Part shown: one piece after another, positions 8,384-18,268 of the stretch
How the letters are laid out: every line of letters begins with the position of its first letter
Numbering within the stretch: position 1 is the stretch's first letter
Source: Poseidonia sp.
GTDB taxonomy: Archaea > Thermoplasmatota > Poseidoniia > Poseidoniales > Poseidoniaceae
Length of the DNA stretch: 64,000 nt
Assembly: GCA_965661285.1 (NCBI GenBank)
Contig: CBFIDD010000003.1
Location: 8,215 to 72,214, forward strand
Reading direction: 5' to 3'
Made by a program: the position numbers and the translations under genes
The notes under the pieces: model-generated
Told to the model about the DNA's origin: nothing
The model's input: only the letters and a program-made list of their open reading frames with translations
Databases searched by the model: none

Positions 8384-9442
8384 ATGCGGCAAAGGGTACT
8401 GGCAGGATTGGAGAGGGTTGATGTGCCGGTTTTGGTCAATGAAAAAATCGACCGCCTTCTCGAGACCACCTCACGTTCCTTTTATCCCACACTGAAATAT
8501 CTGCCCAAGAAAACACGGGGGCAGATTGGGCTGCTCTATCTTCTCGCCAGAGTTGCCGATACCATTGCCGATTCCAAGGTTGGTGAAACAGCGCTCCTCA
8601 CCGATCATTTGACCGCCTACAACGATGCTGTTCAAGGTCGGAGTAAGGACCTGCCCGACCTCAGCGCCCTCGCCGATATCCAAACCAACGAACACGAGGC
8701 AGAACTCCTACGCAACGTGGTGGATGTCGTTGAAGGTCTCCAGGTGTACAATAACGAAGATCAACAACGCATGCTGGAATGCCTCGACATCATTGTCGAG
8801 GGCCAACTGCTTGACCTTGCCCGATTCGGCCCAGCCAACGAAGGTGGAACCGTCTCTTCACTCAACAACGAGGAGGAACTCGATGACTACACCTTCAGAG
8901 TCGCAGGCTGCGTCGGTGTGTTCTGGACGAAGATGTCGCTGGCGCACCTGATGAAACTCTCCCCCGAGGATGAGAAACTGTTCATTGAGCGCGGCATACG
9001 CTTTGGCAAAGCCTTGCAGATGATCAACATCCTTCGAGACATACCGGAAGACTTGCGATTTGGGAGGTGCTACATCCCAAAATCATCGCTGGAGGAAGCG
9101 GGGCTCAAACCCGAGGAATTGCTTGACGACGAAAACCTCGCTGCCTTTCGCCCCCTGTACGACCGCTATTTGGATTTGACCAACGAGCATCTCGAAGCCG
9201 CAACGGCCTACATACGCATGATACCTGAAACCCAATTTCGGCTCAAGGCCTCGTGCATGTTGCCGGTTCTGGTCGGCCAGCGGACAGTCACGCTTCTACG
9301 AGAGGGAAACATCCTCAATTCCCAAGAGCGAATCAAAGTCACCCGCGACGAGATGAAGACCTATGCTCGTAAATTACTCCGAGCACTCATTATCCCGGGA
9401 GGCGTAAAACGACTTCTTGAAAAGAACAGGGACAAGTCATGA
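8384..9442 (+). CDS. Squalene/phytoene synthase family protein (head-to-head trans-isoprenyl diphosphate synthase), paralog 1
   Basis: Family motifs are SRSFYPTLKYLP, the first Asp motif ARVADTIAD (DxxxD) and the second motif MINILRDIPEDL. The N-terminal 172 codons of ORF 7868 were discarded because they overlap the convergent gene ending at 8261. Confidence 0.7.
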   Translation: MRQRVLAGLERVDVPVLVNEKIDRLLETTSRSFYPTLKYLPKKTRGQIGLLYLLARVADTIADSKVGETALLTDHLTAYNDAVQGRSKDLPDLSALADIQTNEHEAELLRNVVDVVEGLQVYNNEDQQRMLECLDIIVEGQLLDLARFGPANEGGTVSSLNNEEELDDYTFRVAGCVGVFWTKMSLAHLMKLSPEDEKLFIERGIRFGKALQMINILRDIPEDLRFGRCYIPKSSLEEAGLKPEELLDDENLAAFRPLYDRYLDLTNEHLEAATAYIRMIPETQFRLKASCMLPVLVGQRTVTLLREGNILNSQERIKVTRDEMKTYARKLLRALIIPGGVKRLLEKNRDKS

Positions 9443-9513
9443 TTCTATAGAATCTAATGAGAGAGTGAATTCCTACTTACATCGCCCTGTTCTCTGCTCA
9501 AGCGTCCACGCTT

Positions 9514-10860
9514 TTGAGGCGAGGTCTCATAAACAAAGGATGCAAGGGCTGGCCGGTTAGGATGCTTGAACGCCGCAAACCGCTCGATTTGCTCTTCCCG
9601 CTCAAAGGGAATGCATCGAGCAGAAACGGCGAGGAAGAGGTCCGACCTCCGACCACGCTTGACCGGCTTCGAGCAGGTGTGACCCTCGCTCGGGATGCCG
9701 TCAAGGCCGTCAGCGTAACGGCCATGGAGGCGCTCAAAGAAGGTGCATCGTTCATCGGCATCGTGGGTGAAACGAACGAGTTGGTCGACCCGTTTGCTCA
9801 CCTGGATGCACCTATTTGGTCGGAAAAACCTCCCGCTGAATTGCACAAACTGGCCTATCGCTACTGTGAAGAACTGACCATGAGGGAAGCGGGCAATTTC
9901 TACCACTCTTTCAAGTATCTGCCCGACGAACAACGCTTGGCCATGTGCGCCATCTACGCCTTCTGCCGTCGAGCAGACGACATCGCCGACGGTGATTGGG
10001 CCGATCGATTCCCCGGCAGCAAAGGCGAGTTGGACCCTGAAGCCACGGCCTACCGTAACCAACTGGAATCGCTGCAAGACCGAGGAACGATCCTTGACGA
10101 GGAAGCCTACCTCAACAAGATCACACAACTCTTCTTTTTCCGGAAAAAATTGTCCACCTGCTACGGCGATGTGCATTCCACGGACCCCGTGTTCCTCGCC
10201 CTCAAAGATACTGTCCAGCGCTACAACATTCCTCGAGAAGTCTTTGACGACCTCATCTCCGGCATGGAAGACGACCTCTACAACAACCGCTATCGTACCT
10301 TCGACGAGCTTTACGTCTACTGCTACCGTGTTGCATCCGTTGTGGGCCTGATGTGCATTGAGGTGTACGGCTACGACAATCCCATGGCACGGAAATACGC
10401 AGAATCATGGGGTATTTTCATGCAACTGACCAACGTGTTGCGAGACGTTGGTGAAGATATCCAGCGAGACCGAGTCTATCTGCCGCTCGACGAACTTGAA
10501 CGAAACGACATGACCGAGGAGGAACTCGACGGGAAAATCGTCCTCAACAAGCACTGGGAGCCCTATTGCCGACAATATGCCGCCCGAGCCCGAACCTACC
10601 TCGAAGAAGCTCGGGCCCTCCTGCCACTGCTTCCTCGACGAACCCGATACTCACCTGCTGCCATGATCGCCTTCTACGATAAGATCCTGCGCCAAATTGA
10701 GAAGCAGCAGGGCGATGTGTTCACCAAGCGCGTCAAACTCAACAAGGTACAGAAGATTTCGCTCGCAGCAGCTGTTTACCTGCGACATCGCTTCCTTCCA
10801 GGCTTCCTCGACCCTGTTTGGGGAGCGCTCGCTCGTGTTGGTGTCCTGCCCAGTGTTTGA
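9514..10860 (+). CDS. Squalene/phytoene synthase family protein, paralog 2 (HpnC/HpnD/CrtB-like). The start is uncertain; alternative ATGs are at 9559 and 9724.
   Basis: Family motifs are NFYHSFKYLPDEQRLAMCAIYAFCRRADDIADG and LTNVLRDVGEDIQRDRVYLPLDEL. Confidence 0.7.
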   Translation: MRRGLINKGCKGWPVRMLERRKPLDLLFPLKGNASSRNGEEEVRPPTTLDRLRAGVTLARDAVKAVSVTAMEALKEGASFIGIVGETNELVDPFAHLDAPIWSEKPPAELHKLAYRYCEELTMREAGNFYHSFKYLPDEQRLAMCAIYAFCRRADDIADGDWADRFPGSKGELDPEATAYRNQLESLQDRGTILDEEAYLNKITQLFFFRKKLSTCYGDVHSTDPVFLALKDTVQRYNIPREVFDDLISGMEDDLYNNRYRTFDELYVYCYRVASVVGLMCIEVYGYDNPMARKYAESWGIFMQLTNVLRDVGEDIQRDRVYLPLDELERNDMTEEELDGKIVLNKHWEPYCRQYAARARTYLEEARALLPLLPRRTRYSPAAMIAFYDKILRQIEKQQGDVFTKRVKLNKVQKISLAAAVYLRHRFLPGFLDPVWGALARVGVLPSV

Positions 10861-10863
10861 GCC

Positions 10864-11388
10864 TCATTCAGGCCACGGGCGCTCGTTGTCCCATCTGTTC
10901 CAATCCTCCACCCAAGGCTGCATGAACGGTTCAATGTCAAGGCCCAGCCCCTCCAGCACTTCCCGAGGGTCCACGGCACCCTTTCTGCGCACTGCTGTTC
11001 GCAACAGCGCTAACGAGCAGGTTCGACCCGATTGAACCGAACGCTGTTGGAAATAGAAAAAGCGAACATCGAAGCCGACCATTTCTGTGATGATTTGGGT
11101 TGATTTCCACGGGCGAAGCCGATGCCGATAACGAATGGTTGACCCTGCAACGACAAAGGCGGAGCGCGTCTTGCGCACCCAGCGAAAAAGACCGATGCGC
11201 ATGGCGAGATCGTATCGGGCGAGGTCAAACAGAACAAAATGACGGCCGTTGTTCACCTCGGGATAGACGTCCATATCAGCGATGCCGGGACGTACCTTCC
11301 AAACATAGGCGGTTTTGGGATCAAACACCTCTCGTCGCCGAAAGGTGTTCCTCATCAACATCCACAACAGGCGAAGATAAGCATACAT
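10864..11388 (-). CDS. Hotdog-fold acyl-CoA thioesterase (4HBT/YbgC-like)
   Basis: The motif ADMDVYPEVNNGRHFVLFDLARYDLAMRIG resembles the DxD...HVNN...Y signature of 4HBT-type thioesterases. Confidence 0.45.
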   Translation of the reverse strand: MYAYLRLLWMLMRNTFRRREVFDPKTAYVWKVRPGIADMDVYPEVNNGRHFVLFDLARYDLAMRIGLFRWVRKTRSAFVVAGSTIRYRHRLRPWKSTQIITEMVGFDVRFFYFQQRSVQSGRTCSLALLRTAVRRKGAVDPREVLEGLGLDIEPFMQPWVEDWNRWDNERPWPE

Positions 11389-11394
11389 CCGACA

Positions 11395-12570
11395 TCAAGC
11401 CTGGCGAGTGAAGGCCTGAATGCCGGTGATGTATCGGCCGAGAATCAGGTTGTGGATGTCGTGGGTGCCTTCGTAAGTTTTCACTGACTCGAGATTGGCC
11501 ATGTGCCGCATGATGGGGTATTCGTCAAGAATACCGTTCGCTCCGTGAATGTCTCGAGCCACCCGAGCAATCTCAAGGGCGATGTCAACGTTGTTCATCT
11601 TGGCCAGCGAAATTTGTTCGGGGAACCACGAGCCATCGTCTTTCTTCTTGCCGAGGTGGTAAGCGAGAAGCTGTCCCTTGGTGATTTCACGCAGCATCCA
11701 AGCCAGTTTGTTCTGAACCAGTTGGTAGGATGCGATGGGGTGGTCAAATTGGATACGGGACAGGGCGTAGGTTTTGGCGCTGTGGAAACAGGCCATGGCC
11801 GAACCCAACGCGCCCCAAGAAATACCGTAGCGGGCGTTGTTCAGGCAGGAGAACGGTCCGCGAAGGCCCTTGACGCCCGGAAGCATACGGTCCTTGGGAA
11901 TCTTGCAGTCCTGGAACACCAATTCGCTGGTAACGCTGGCTTTGAGCGAGTGTTTTCCTTTCATCTCGGGAGCAGAAAAGCCTTCGTCGCCCTTTTCGAC
12001 GATGAAACCACGGATCACGCCGTCGAGTTTCGCCCAGACCACAGCGATGTCGGCAATGGTTCCGTTGGTGATCCACATCTTCGCACCGTTGAGCAGGTAG
12101 TGGTCGCCTTTGTCTTCCGCCTTGGTGACCATGTCGCCAGGGTTTGAACCGTAGTCCGGCTCCGTTAGACCAAAACATCCGATGTATTCTCCCGAGGCCA
12201 TTTTGGGCAGATACTTCTCTTTTTGTTCCTCAGTTCCGAAGTCCCAAATGGGGTACATGGCAAGTGAACCTTGAACGGAGGCAAAGGAGCGGAGACCGCT
12301 GTCCCCTCGCTCCAACTCTTGACAGATGAGGCCGTATGCAACATAGGAGAGTCCGGGGCAACCGTAGCCCTTCAGCGGTGCGCCAAGAACACCCATCTCG
12401 CCGAGCGCAACGCGCCATTCGTCGAGGAAAACGCCCTCTTCGCATGCCTGTTCAATTTTGGGAATGACGGCCTCGTCAACCCATTCTCGGACCATGTCCC
12501 TGACCATGATTTCTTCTTCGGTCAGCAAGCTTTCAACATCGTAAAAATCGAGTCCTTCGAACGGCTCCAT
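11395..12570 (-). CDS. gcdH: Glutaryl-CoA dehydrogenase / acyl-CoA dehydrogenase
   Basis: Full-length ACAD with CFGLTEPDYGSNPG, the FAD-binding region ITNG and the C-terminal YEGTHDIHNLILGR. Confidence 0.8.
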   Translation of the reverse strand: MEPFEGLDFYDVESLLTEEEIMVRDMVREWVDEAVIPKIEQACEEGVFLDEWRVALGEMGVLGAPLKGYGCPGLSYVAYGLICQELERGDSGLRSFASVQGSLAMYPIWDFGTEEQKEKYLPKMASGEYIGCFGLTEPDYGSNPGDMVTKAEDKGDHYLLNGAKMWITNGTIADIAVVWAKLDGVIRGFIVEKGDEGFSAPEMKGKHSLKASVTSELVFQDCKIPKDRMLPGVKGLRGPFSCLNNARYGISWGALGSAMACFHSAKTYALSRIQFDHPIASYQLVQNKLAWMLREITKGQLLAYHLGKKKDDGSWFPEQISLAKMNNVDIALEIARVARDIHGANGILDEYPIMRHMANLESVKTYEGTHDIHNLILGRYITGIQAFTRQA

Positions 12571-12642
12571 ATGGCACCCTCATTTTATCTGCCGCGCGGG
12601 TGCTTCATCAACATGTCCCCTTGCTTGATAGAAAGCAGGACA

Positions 12643-13818
12643 TCATTTCTTTCCAAACCGCCATTCCCGGTATTTCCGCTGCATCCACGGGCTGTTCATG
12701 TAGATGAGACCGAGAATGACACCCGGGACAGAAACGGCGACGGCACTCATGACAAGCACGTCCATGATGTTCATCTCCACTTGTTCAACCGCTGGTGTGA
12801 ACTTGATGATGTTGCCGAAATCGGTGATGATGAATCCGTCATGTCGCGTGTTCTCCCAAACAACCGCCAGGCCACGACCGGCGATGACAGCGTCCCACGT
12901 CGCTGCGTCTTCAGGCACCAACACAGAGAACGCCTCGCCCGTGAGAGGTGTATGCCTGACCAAACCGAGGGGTGCGAGATGAACGAGGCTGGTGCCGTCA
13001 TCTCCGCGAGACACATCGGTGAAGTCGCCGGTGGGAAGGTCCCACGGTTCGCTTGATTCAACGGTTGATTGACGAGCATCAAGGGTGTTTATCCGAATGA
13101 CTTTCGTGCTCAAACCGCTGGCAAATCCGACACACTCGTTGAGGACTGCACTGGCGCAATCCACGCCAACCCATGTCATGTCGGCGGTTTGTGTCAACCA
13201 CCCCAAAGCGTGGCCTTCGTCGATGACGGCCAAGCCTTCGTCCACCGTTGACATGAAGCAGACGTTGTAATTGCGATGGCATGAAAAATCTGTGATGCGG
13301 CTCTGTCCAGTGTTCTCAAGTGGCTCAAACCCGGTGTGTTCTGCGAACTTCCAAACGTGACCTTGTGAGGAGGCGACGTAGGCAAAATCACCACCAGGGC
13401 GCCATACCACCGAAGTCAAGTCGTGTCCCAAGACCGTGAAGGTCCCGTTGACATACGTGATGCTGTGGTCATAGGTGTCGTAGCGCATGGCCATCCCGTC
13501 GTCGCCGACCAAAAGAGCGGTGTTTCCGCGCGGATGCCATGCGATGTCTTGAACGGTCGAATTCCGACCGGTGACGAGTTCAACATCCATGGCCCTGTTG
13601 CCGGCATCCTCCGCAGAGAGGAGGCGTGCATAGCCGTTCAGTCCCCCAACAAGAACATCCATGCCGTCAGGAGAGACCGCCCCCACGGTGATGCCCATAT
13701 CGCTCTCACCCAAGGCACCGGCATCCTCCAGATCGATTCGGGTGAGGAGATCGGCTGAAGCGAGCGGGAGGAGAAGGACCGCCACAAGCCCGAGGGACCA
13801 CCATGCCTTCCTTCCCAT
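12643..13818 (-). CDS. Secreted/membrane-anchored beta-propeller (WD40-like) protein with an N-terminal signal peptide and a C-terminal TM anchor
   Basis: The signal peptide is MGRKAWWSLGLVAVLLLPLASA and the C-terminal TM is VLVMSAVAVSVPGVILGLIYM. Repeated propeller-blade-like segments are visible. Confidence 0.45.
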   Translation of the reverse strand: MGRKAWWSLGLVAVLLLPLASADLLTRIDLEDAGALGESDMGITVGAVSPDGMDVLVGGLNGYARLLSAEDAGNRAMDVELVTGRNSTVQDIAWHPRGNTALLVGDDGMAMRYDTYDHSITYVNGTFTVLGHDLTSVVWRPGGDFAYVASSQGHVWKFAEHTGFEPLENTGQSRITDFSCHRNYNVCFMSTVDEGLAVIDEGHALGWLTQTADMTWVGVDCASAVLNECVGFASGLSTKVIRINTLDARQSTVESSEPWDLPTGDFTDVSRGDDGTSLVHLAPLGLVRHTPLTGEAFSVLVPEDAATWDAVIAGRGLAVVWENTRHDGFIITDFGNIIKFTPAVEQVEMNIMDVLVMSAVAVSVPGVILGLIYMNSPWMQRKYREWRFGKK

Positions 13819-13919
13819 GGCTGAGCGACCGACGCTTGCATGAAAACATCTCCCATGGATTGGCCACGAACAAGCGGTTCGGACGGTGGTCTTATGAGAC
13901 GCTGACCGTTGCGCAACAC

Positions 13920-14444
13920 ATGGAGCGATTTGCCGTTAAGCGTGGTCTGATTAAATCAATGGGCGGAAATGCCGGTCTTGCCAAATTGGCCACTTCATAC
14001 TTCGAAAACATCAACGTCGATGCCGATGGCGTGTTCACCGGCTCGTACGGACTCCTGACACGTGTGCGTGGGTCCTACGACGACAAAGGCAAACTTGCTG
14101 TGGATGTTGTCCAGATGAAAGGCGGCGATCTTGCCGAGTTCCTCGACAGTGAGGAGGGACCCTCCAAAGCCATGGAGTCCCGCAAGCGTTGGTCAAGTTT
14201 CCTTGACGAAGCAACGGGCTACAACGCCAAGCAACGCGGCGATAAAGCCAAGGAAGAGGCAAAGAAATTCTCGAAGGCCAAATCCGCCATCAAGATGGCT
14301 CACAAATCCATGGAACTGATGAAGAACCTGGACCAGAGCACCATCGACCAAGCCCACGAAATCATTGAAAAACTCGAAACGATGATCGAGGCTGGCGACC
14401 CACCTTCCGAAACCCAAGTCAAAAAACTCGACAAGCTGTTCTGA
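13920..14444 (+). CDS. Hypothetical conserved protein with a Lys/Glu-rich C-terminal helical region
   Basis: ORF track 13803-14444. Start trimmed to the ATG at 13920 because the first 16 nt of ORF 13803 overlap the start of the opposite-strand gene ending at 13818. No motif recognised. Confidence 0.35.
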   Translation: MERFAVKRGLIKSMGGNAGLAKLATSYFENINVDADGVFTGSYGLLTRVRGSYDDKGKLAVDVVQMKGGDLAEFLDSEEGPSKAMESRKRWSSFLDEATGYNAKQRGDKAKEEAKKFSKAKSAIKMAHKSMELMKNLDQSTIDQAHEIIEKLETMIEAGDPPSETQVKKLDKLF

Positions 14445-14453
14445 GGTGATGGA

Positions 14454-15599
14454 ATGGCCACCAAGCAAGACATTCCCGCCTTGCTTGCCTCGAAAGAGGC
14501 GTTTGCATCACTCACAGAGGCCAATAAAAACCGCCTCAATTTGATGGTCGCCAATGTGGAAGAAGTCGTCGGCGTGGAGCACCTCATGGACGCTTTGCAA
14601 AACGGCACCTCCCACGGCGGGGATGGCGTGCTTCGCTGTTATGTGGGGTTTGAACCGAGCGGCAAGGCGCACATCGGCTGGAAGGTCCTGGCGCTTCAAC
14701 TGCGCAGAATGCTTGACGCCAACGCCAACGTCATGGTTTTCTTGGCCGATTGGCATGCTTGGGTGAACGACAAGTTCAACGGCGACATGGAGGCCATCAA
14801 AACGACCGGCGTCTACATGCAAGAGACGTTCCGAGCGCTCCTCGACCATCCCCCAGAAGGCACTGGCGCAGGTGAATTGCAGTTCAAATGGGCTTCAGAG
14901 TTGATGGAATCCAGCGAGTACTGGGCCAGAGTGCTGCGATGCTCAAAGGGCGCAACATTGGCGATGGTGAGGAAGACATTCACCATCATGGGCCGGGATG
15001 AGGCATCTTCGGACCACGACCTCTCGAAATTTTACTACCCTGCCATGCAGGCTGCAGACATTTTTGAGATGGACATTGACATCGCCATCGGCGGCATGGA
15101 CCAACGCAAGGCCCACATGTTCATGCGCGACATCGCATCAAAATACGGTTGGCAAAAGGCAACGTGCCTGCATACGGCCATCATTTCATCGCTCAAGGCC
15201 TCGGGCTCGAGGATGGAATCCTTTGACCACAAGATGTCAAAATCGGATCCGAGTGGTGCACTGCTTCTGCACGACACCCCCGCACAACTCCTCAAGAAAA
15301 TGAAGAAAGCCTACATTTCGCCCGATGACCCTCAATCTCCGGTGTATGAACTGGCCGAACATATCGTGCTTCCCGAGAACGGTGCCATCCACGTCACTCC
15401 CAATCCAAAGTTTGGCGAACCGAGCACATGGACGAGCCTCGATGACTTTCGAACCGCCGTGATGGACGGCACGCTTCACCCCTTTGATGCAAAAATGGGG
15501 GTTGCTGATGGTTTAGCCAAAGGCCTTGAGGGCTTGGCGGCGCACTTTGAGGCTCATCCGGACACGCTTGAGAAGGTGACAGCCCTCATCAACGGCTGA
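14454..15599 (+). CDS. tyrS: Tyrosyl-tRNA synthetase (archaeal-type class I aaRS); TrpRS is not fully excluded
   Basis: The HIGH-like motif is FEPSGKAHIGW, the KMSKS motif is present, and AIGGMDQRKAHMFMRD resembles the archaeal TyrRS segment GGMEQRKIHMLARE. Confidence 0.65.
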   Translation: MATKQDIPALLASKEAFASLTEANKNRLNLMVANVEEVVGVEHLMDALQNGTSHGGDGVLRCYVGFEPSGKAHIGWKVLALQLRRMLDANANVMVFLADWHAWVNDKFNGDMEAIKTTGVYMQETFRALLDHPPEGTGAGELQFKWASELMESSEYWARVLRCSKGATLAMVRKTFTIMGRDEASSDHDLSKFYYPAMQAADIFEMDIDIAIGGMDQRKAHMFMRDIASKYGWQKATCLHTAIISSLKASGSRMESFDHKMSKSDPSGALLLHDTPAQLLKKMKKAYISPDDPQSPVYELAEHIVLPENGAIHVTPNPKFGEPSTWTSLDDFRTAVMDGTLHPFDAKMGVADGLAKGLEGLAAHFEAHPDTLEKVTALING

Positions 15600-16452
15600 T
15601 ATCATCCTCAATGTTCAGTTCTTCAACACTCAAGATGTCGATGGACAGCAGACGTCGGGTATCCTTTGCGAAGGTCCGATCAGGAACGGGTTGGACACGC
15701 ACAATGCCGTTCACGCGAACATAGGTTGACGGCCGGAGTTGGTCGACGAGGTCGTCGGCAAGCGTACCCAGGATTTGATTTCGCGTGGAGCAATTGATCA
15801 GATGGTGTTCGCTGTTGTAGGTGATTTGGCTCATGCTAATATCTTGAACATCCTCGTATTTGCAGTCCTCAACAACCAGTGTGAAATCGCTATTTGGTCG
15901 GATGAAACTTCGTGGAATGTCCGTGGTATTGTAGCCCTCCATCGCTTGTTGCAAGCAAGATCGACAGAGGTACGGGCTCTCGCGCTCCCTCGCTCGTCGT
16001 TGAGGTACCTCGACCCGTGTTTCACAATCCGTGCACTCGTAGACGGCGAGTTTGAGCCAGCCGTAAGGGTGAGAGACCTCGTTGATTTTGACATCAAGGC
16101 AGACCAGCCCGTTTCGGTCGCGCATCCTCAACTCATCCACCCGGTTGAGGTAGTTCTTCGAAAGTCCGACCACGCGCAACACAGGTCGAGTGAGGATGTT
16201 GTGCTGGTCAAATTGTTCTCGCATGATTTGACTTCCCAATTCAAGGGCACGGGTCGGATTTTCATGGAAGAAACGTCGAAGCGTCTCCTTTTTGTCAATG
16301 AGTGCGTGTTCGATGTGAAACCCATGGACGCTTTCGTCCATGCCTTCGAGGCGAGCGATGTCTTTTTGGTAATGCTCGACGATGAGTTCTCTCCATTCGC
16401 GAAGCACGGATTGTGCATCAGGGTCAACATCGACTTTTCTCGGTGGGGACAT
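15589..16452 (-). CDS. MCM N-terminal-domain-like protein (helical domain A, C4 zinc finger and OB fold) lacking the AAA+ ATPase module
   Basis: The C4 zinc motif is CTDC-x19-CRSC. The segments RPVLRVVGLSKNYLNRVDELR...GLVCLDVKINEVS and LADDLVDQLRPSTYVRVNGIVRV resemble the MCM N-terminal signatures IRDL...GKLV.V.G.V.R.S and DDLVD..KPGDRV.VTGI. The ORF stops after 287 aa. Confidence 0.5.
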   Translation of the reverse strand: MSPPRKVDVDPDAQSVLREWRELIVEHYQKDIARLEGMDESVHGFHIEHALIDKKETLRRFFHENPTRALELGSQIMREQFDQHNILTRPVLRVVGLSKNYLNRVDELRMRDRNGLVCLDVKINEVSHPYGWLKLAVYECTDCETRVEVPQRRARERESPYLCRSCLQQAMEGYNTTDIPRSFIRPNSDFTLVVEDCKYEDVQDISMSQITYNSEHHLINCSTRNQILGTLADDLVDQLRPSTYVRVNGIVRVQPVPDRTFAKDTRRLLSIDILSVEELNIEDDISR

Positions 16453-16594
16453 GGAGTTCCCCCCTGGCTGAGACGGTTCATAATACTACCCTGCAGGCCC
16501 AAAATTTCAGCCTTTGAGATGCGCCATACGGGGGCGTGGCAAGGTTCATGAATGGACTCCGGCTGGGTTTGAGCAAGAATTGGAGTTGATTCCC

Positions 16595-17332
16595 ATGTCC
16601 AACATTATCGTCCTCGTCAAACAAGTTCCAGACACCAACGCCAAGATTGTGGTGAACGGCGACCGTGTTGACCTCTCATCGGTCAAAATGGTCATGAGTC
16701 CCTACGACGAATTTGCCGTTGAGACCGCCCTTCAGCACCGAGAGGCCAACGGCGGAGAGGTCACCGCCCTGACGGTTGGAGGGGCAGGAGCGGAAAAAAT
16801 TCTGAAAGACGCCAAGGCCATTGGCGTGGACCATATCGTTCGCATCGATGCCGCTGAAGACATGGATTCCAATGCGCTTCAAACGCTCATCGCACAAGCC
16901 ATCAGCGACCTCGATGGCGGGGTTGTCTACTGTGGAAAATCAGCAGCTGACACGGGAGCAGGTTCCACGGGCCCTGGCGTCGCCGAACGCTTGGGCTGGG
17001 CCTCCGTATCCAACATCATCGGCGCCAGTTTCGACGGCGGCCTTTCGGTGACCGCACCAAGCGGTGGCGGCAACGCGAAAGTGAGCGTACCCCTCCCCGC
17101 TGTGATCTCGTGCGACAAAGGGAATTTAAAAGTTCGAAAACCAAACGTCAAAGGCATCATGCAAGCCAAGCGAGCAAGCGTAGACGTTCGTTCTATAGAC
17201 GCTCCTGCATCATCTGTTTCCATCGTCGCTCACGCCCTCCCACCAGCGAAACCCGCCGGGAAGAGTTACGAAGGTGGAGCCGCCGCAGCAGAGGTGGCAA
17301 AACTGCTTCGTGATGAAGCCAACGTCCTATGA
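16595..17332 (+). CDS. etfB: Electron transfer flavoprotein beta subunit
   Basis: The protein begins MSNIIVLVKQVPDTNAKI and shows typical EtfB N-terminal and AMP-binding fold features. Start trimmed to the ATG at 16595. Confidence 0.8.
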   Translation: MSNIIVLVKQVPDTNAKIVVNGDRVDLSSVKMVMSPYDEFAVETALQHREANGGEVTALTVGGAGAEKILKDAKAIGVDHIVRIDAAEDMDSNALQTLIAQAISDLDGGVVYCGKSAADTGAGSTGPGVAERLGWASVSNIIGASFDGGLSVTAPSGGGNAKVSVPLPAVISCDKGNLKVRKPNVKGIMQAKRASVDVRSIDAPASSVSIVAHALPPAKPAGKSYEGGAAAAEVAKLLRDEANVL

Positions 17333-17341
17333 GGTGAAGAC

Positions 17342-18268
17342 ATGACACAAACCATCGTTATCGCAGAAATGAGCAACAACACCGTCCACCCCAGCACCGC
17401 TGAACTCGTCAGCGCTGCCATTGCCCTGGGCGGAGAACCCACCATCGTCGTGCCCTGCACGGAAGCCGGTCAAGCCGACGGCGCCGCCGGCATGGGAGCC
17501 GCAAGCATTCTGGCAGCGAAATCCGCCGCCTTCACACACTACGACGCCAGCGGCTGGGCAGCGGCCCTCGACGCCGTCGCTCCGCAAGGTACCGTCATTA
17601 CCGGTGCCAGCCCTCAATCGAAAGACTTGGCTGCAAGGCTGGCCGCTCGGCGCAACCTCTCCGTGGTCCAGGATGCGGTGGCCATTGAAGGCAGCAACAT
17701 CACCTCGCCCGTCTACAGCGGAAAGGCCATGCAAACCGTCTCAGCAACCGGCCCAGTGGTCGTTTCGGTGCGCTCCAACGTCTTCTCACCCGCACAGGGC
17801 GGAGCAGCGGATGTCAGCGTGGTCGATACCGACGGTGATGTGGCCACCTCCGTTCAAGAATTCATGGCGCGTGCATCCGAGCGACTGGACGTGGCTGAAG
17901 CCAACATCATCATTTCCGGAGGACGTGGAATGGGTTCACCCGACAATTTCTCGCACCTCGAGGCCATTGCCGACACCATCGGTGCCGCTGTTGGCGCCTC
18001 TCGTGCGGCTGTTGACACCTGGGAGGCCATTCCGCACTCCATGCAAGTTGGGCAAACCGGCAAGACGGTGAACCCCAATCTCTACATCGCTGTTGGCATA
18101 TCCGGTGCCATCCAGCACTTGGCAGGCATGCGCTCCTCGAAGTACATCGTCGCCATTAACAAAGACGCAGATGCTCCGATTTTCCAACACGCAGATTATG
18201 GCATCGTGGCGACTTGGGAAGACGCCCTCCCGGTTCTCCACGAGAGCCTGAAAGGCATGATGGGATGA
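17342..18268 (+). CDS. etfA: Electron transfer flavoprotein alpha subunit
   Basis: The C-terminal FAD-binding region is conserved ([26 protein letters not shown]). Confidence 0.85.
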   Translation: MTQTIVIAEMSNNTVHPSTAELVSAAIALGGEPTIVVPCTEAGQADGAAGMGAASILAAKSAAFTHYDASGWAAALDAVAPQGTVITGASPQSKDLAARLAARRNLSVVQDAVAIEGSNITSPVYSGKAMQTVSATGPVVVSVRSNVFSPAQGGAADVSVVDTDGDVATSVQEFMARASERLDVAEANIIISGGRGMGSPDNFSHLEAIADTIGAAVGASRAAVDTWEAIPHSMQVGQTGKTVNPNLYIAVGISGAIQHLAGMRSSKYIVAINKDADAPIFQHADYGIVATWEDALPVLHESLKGMMG

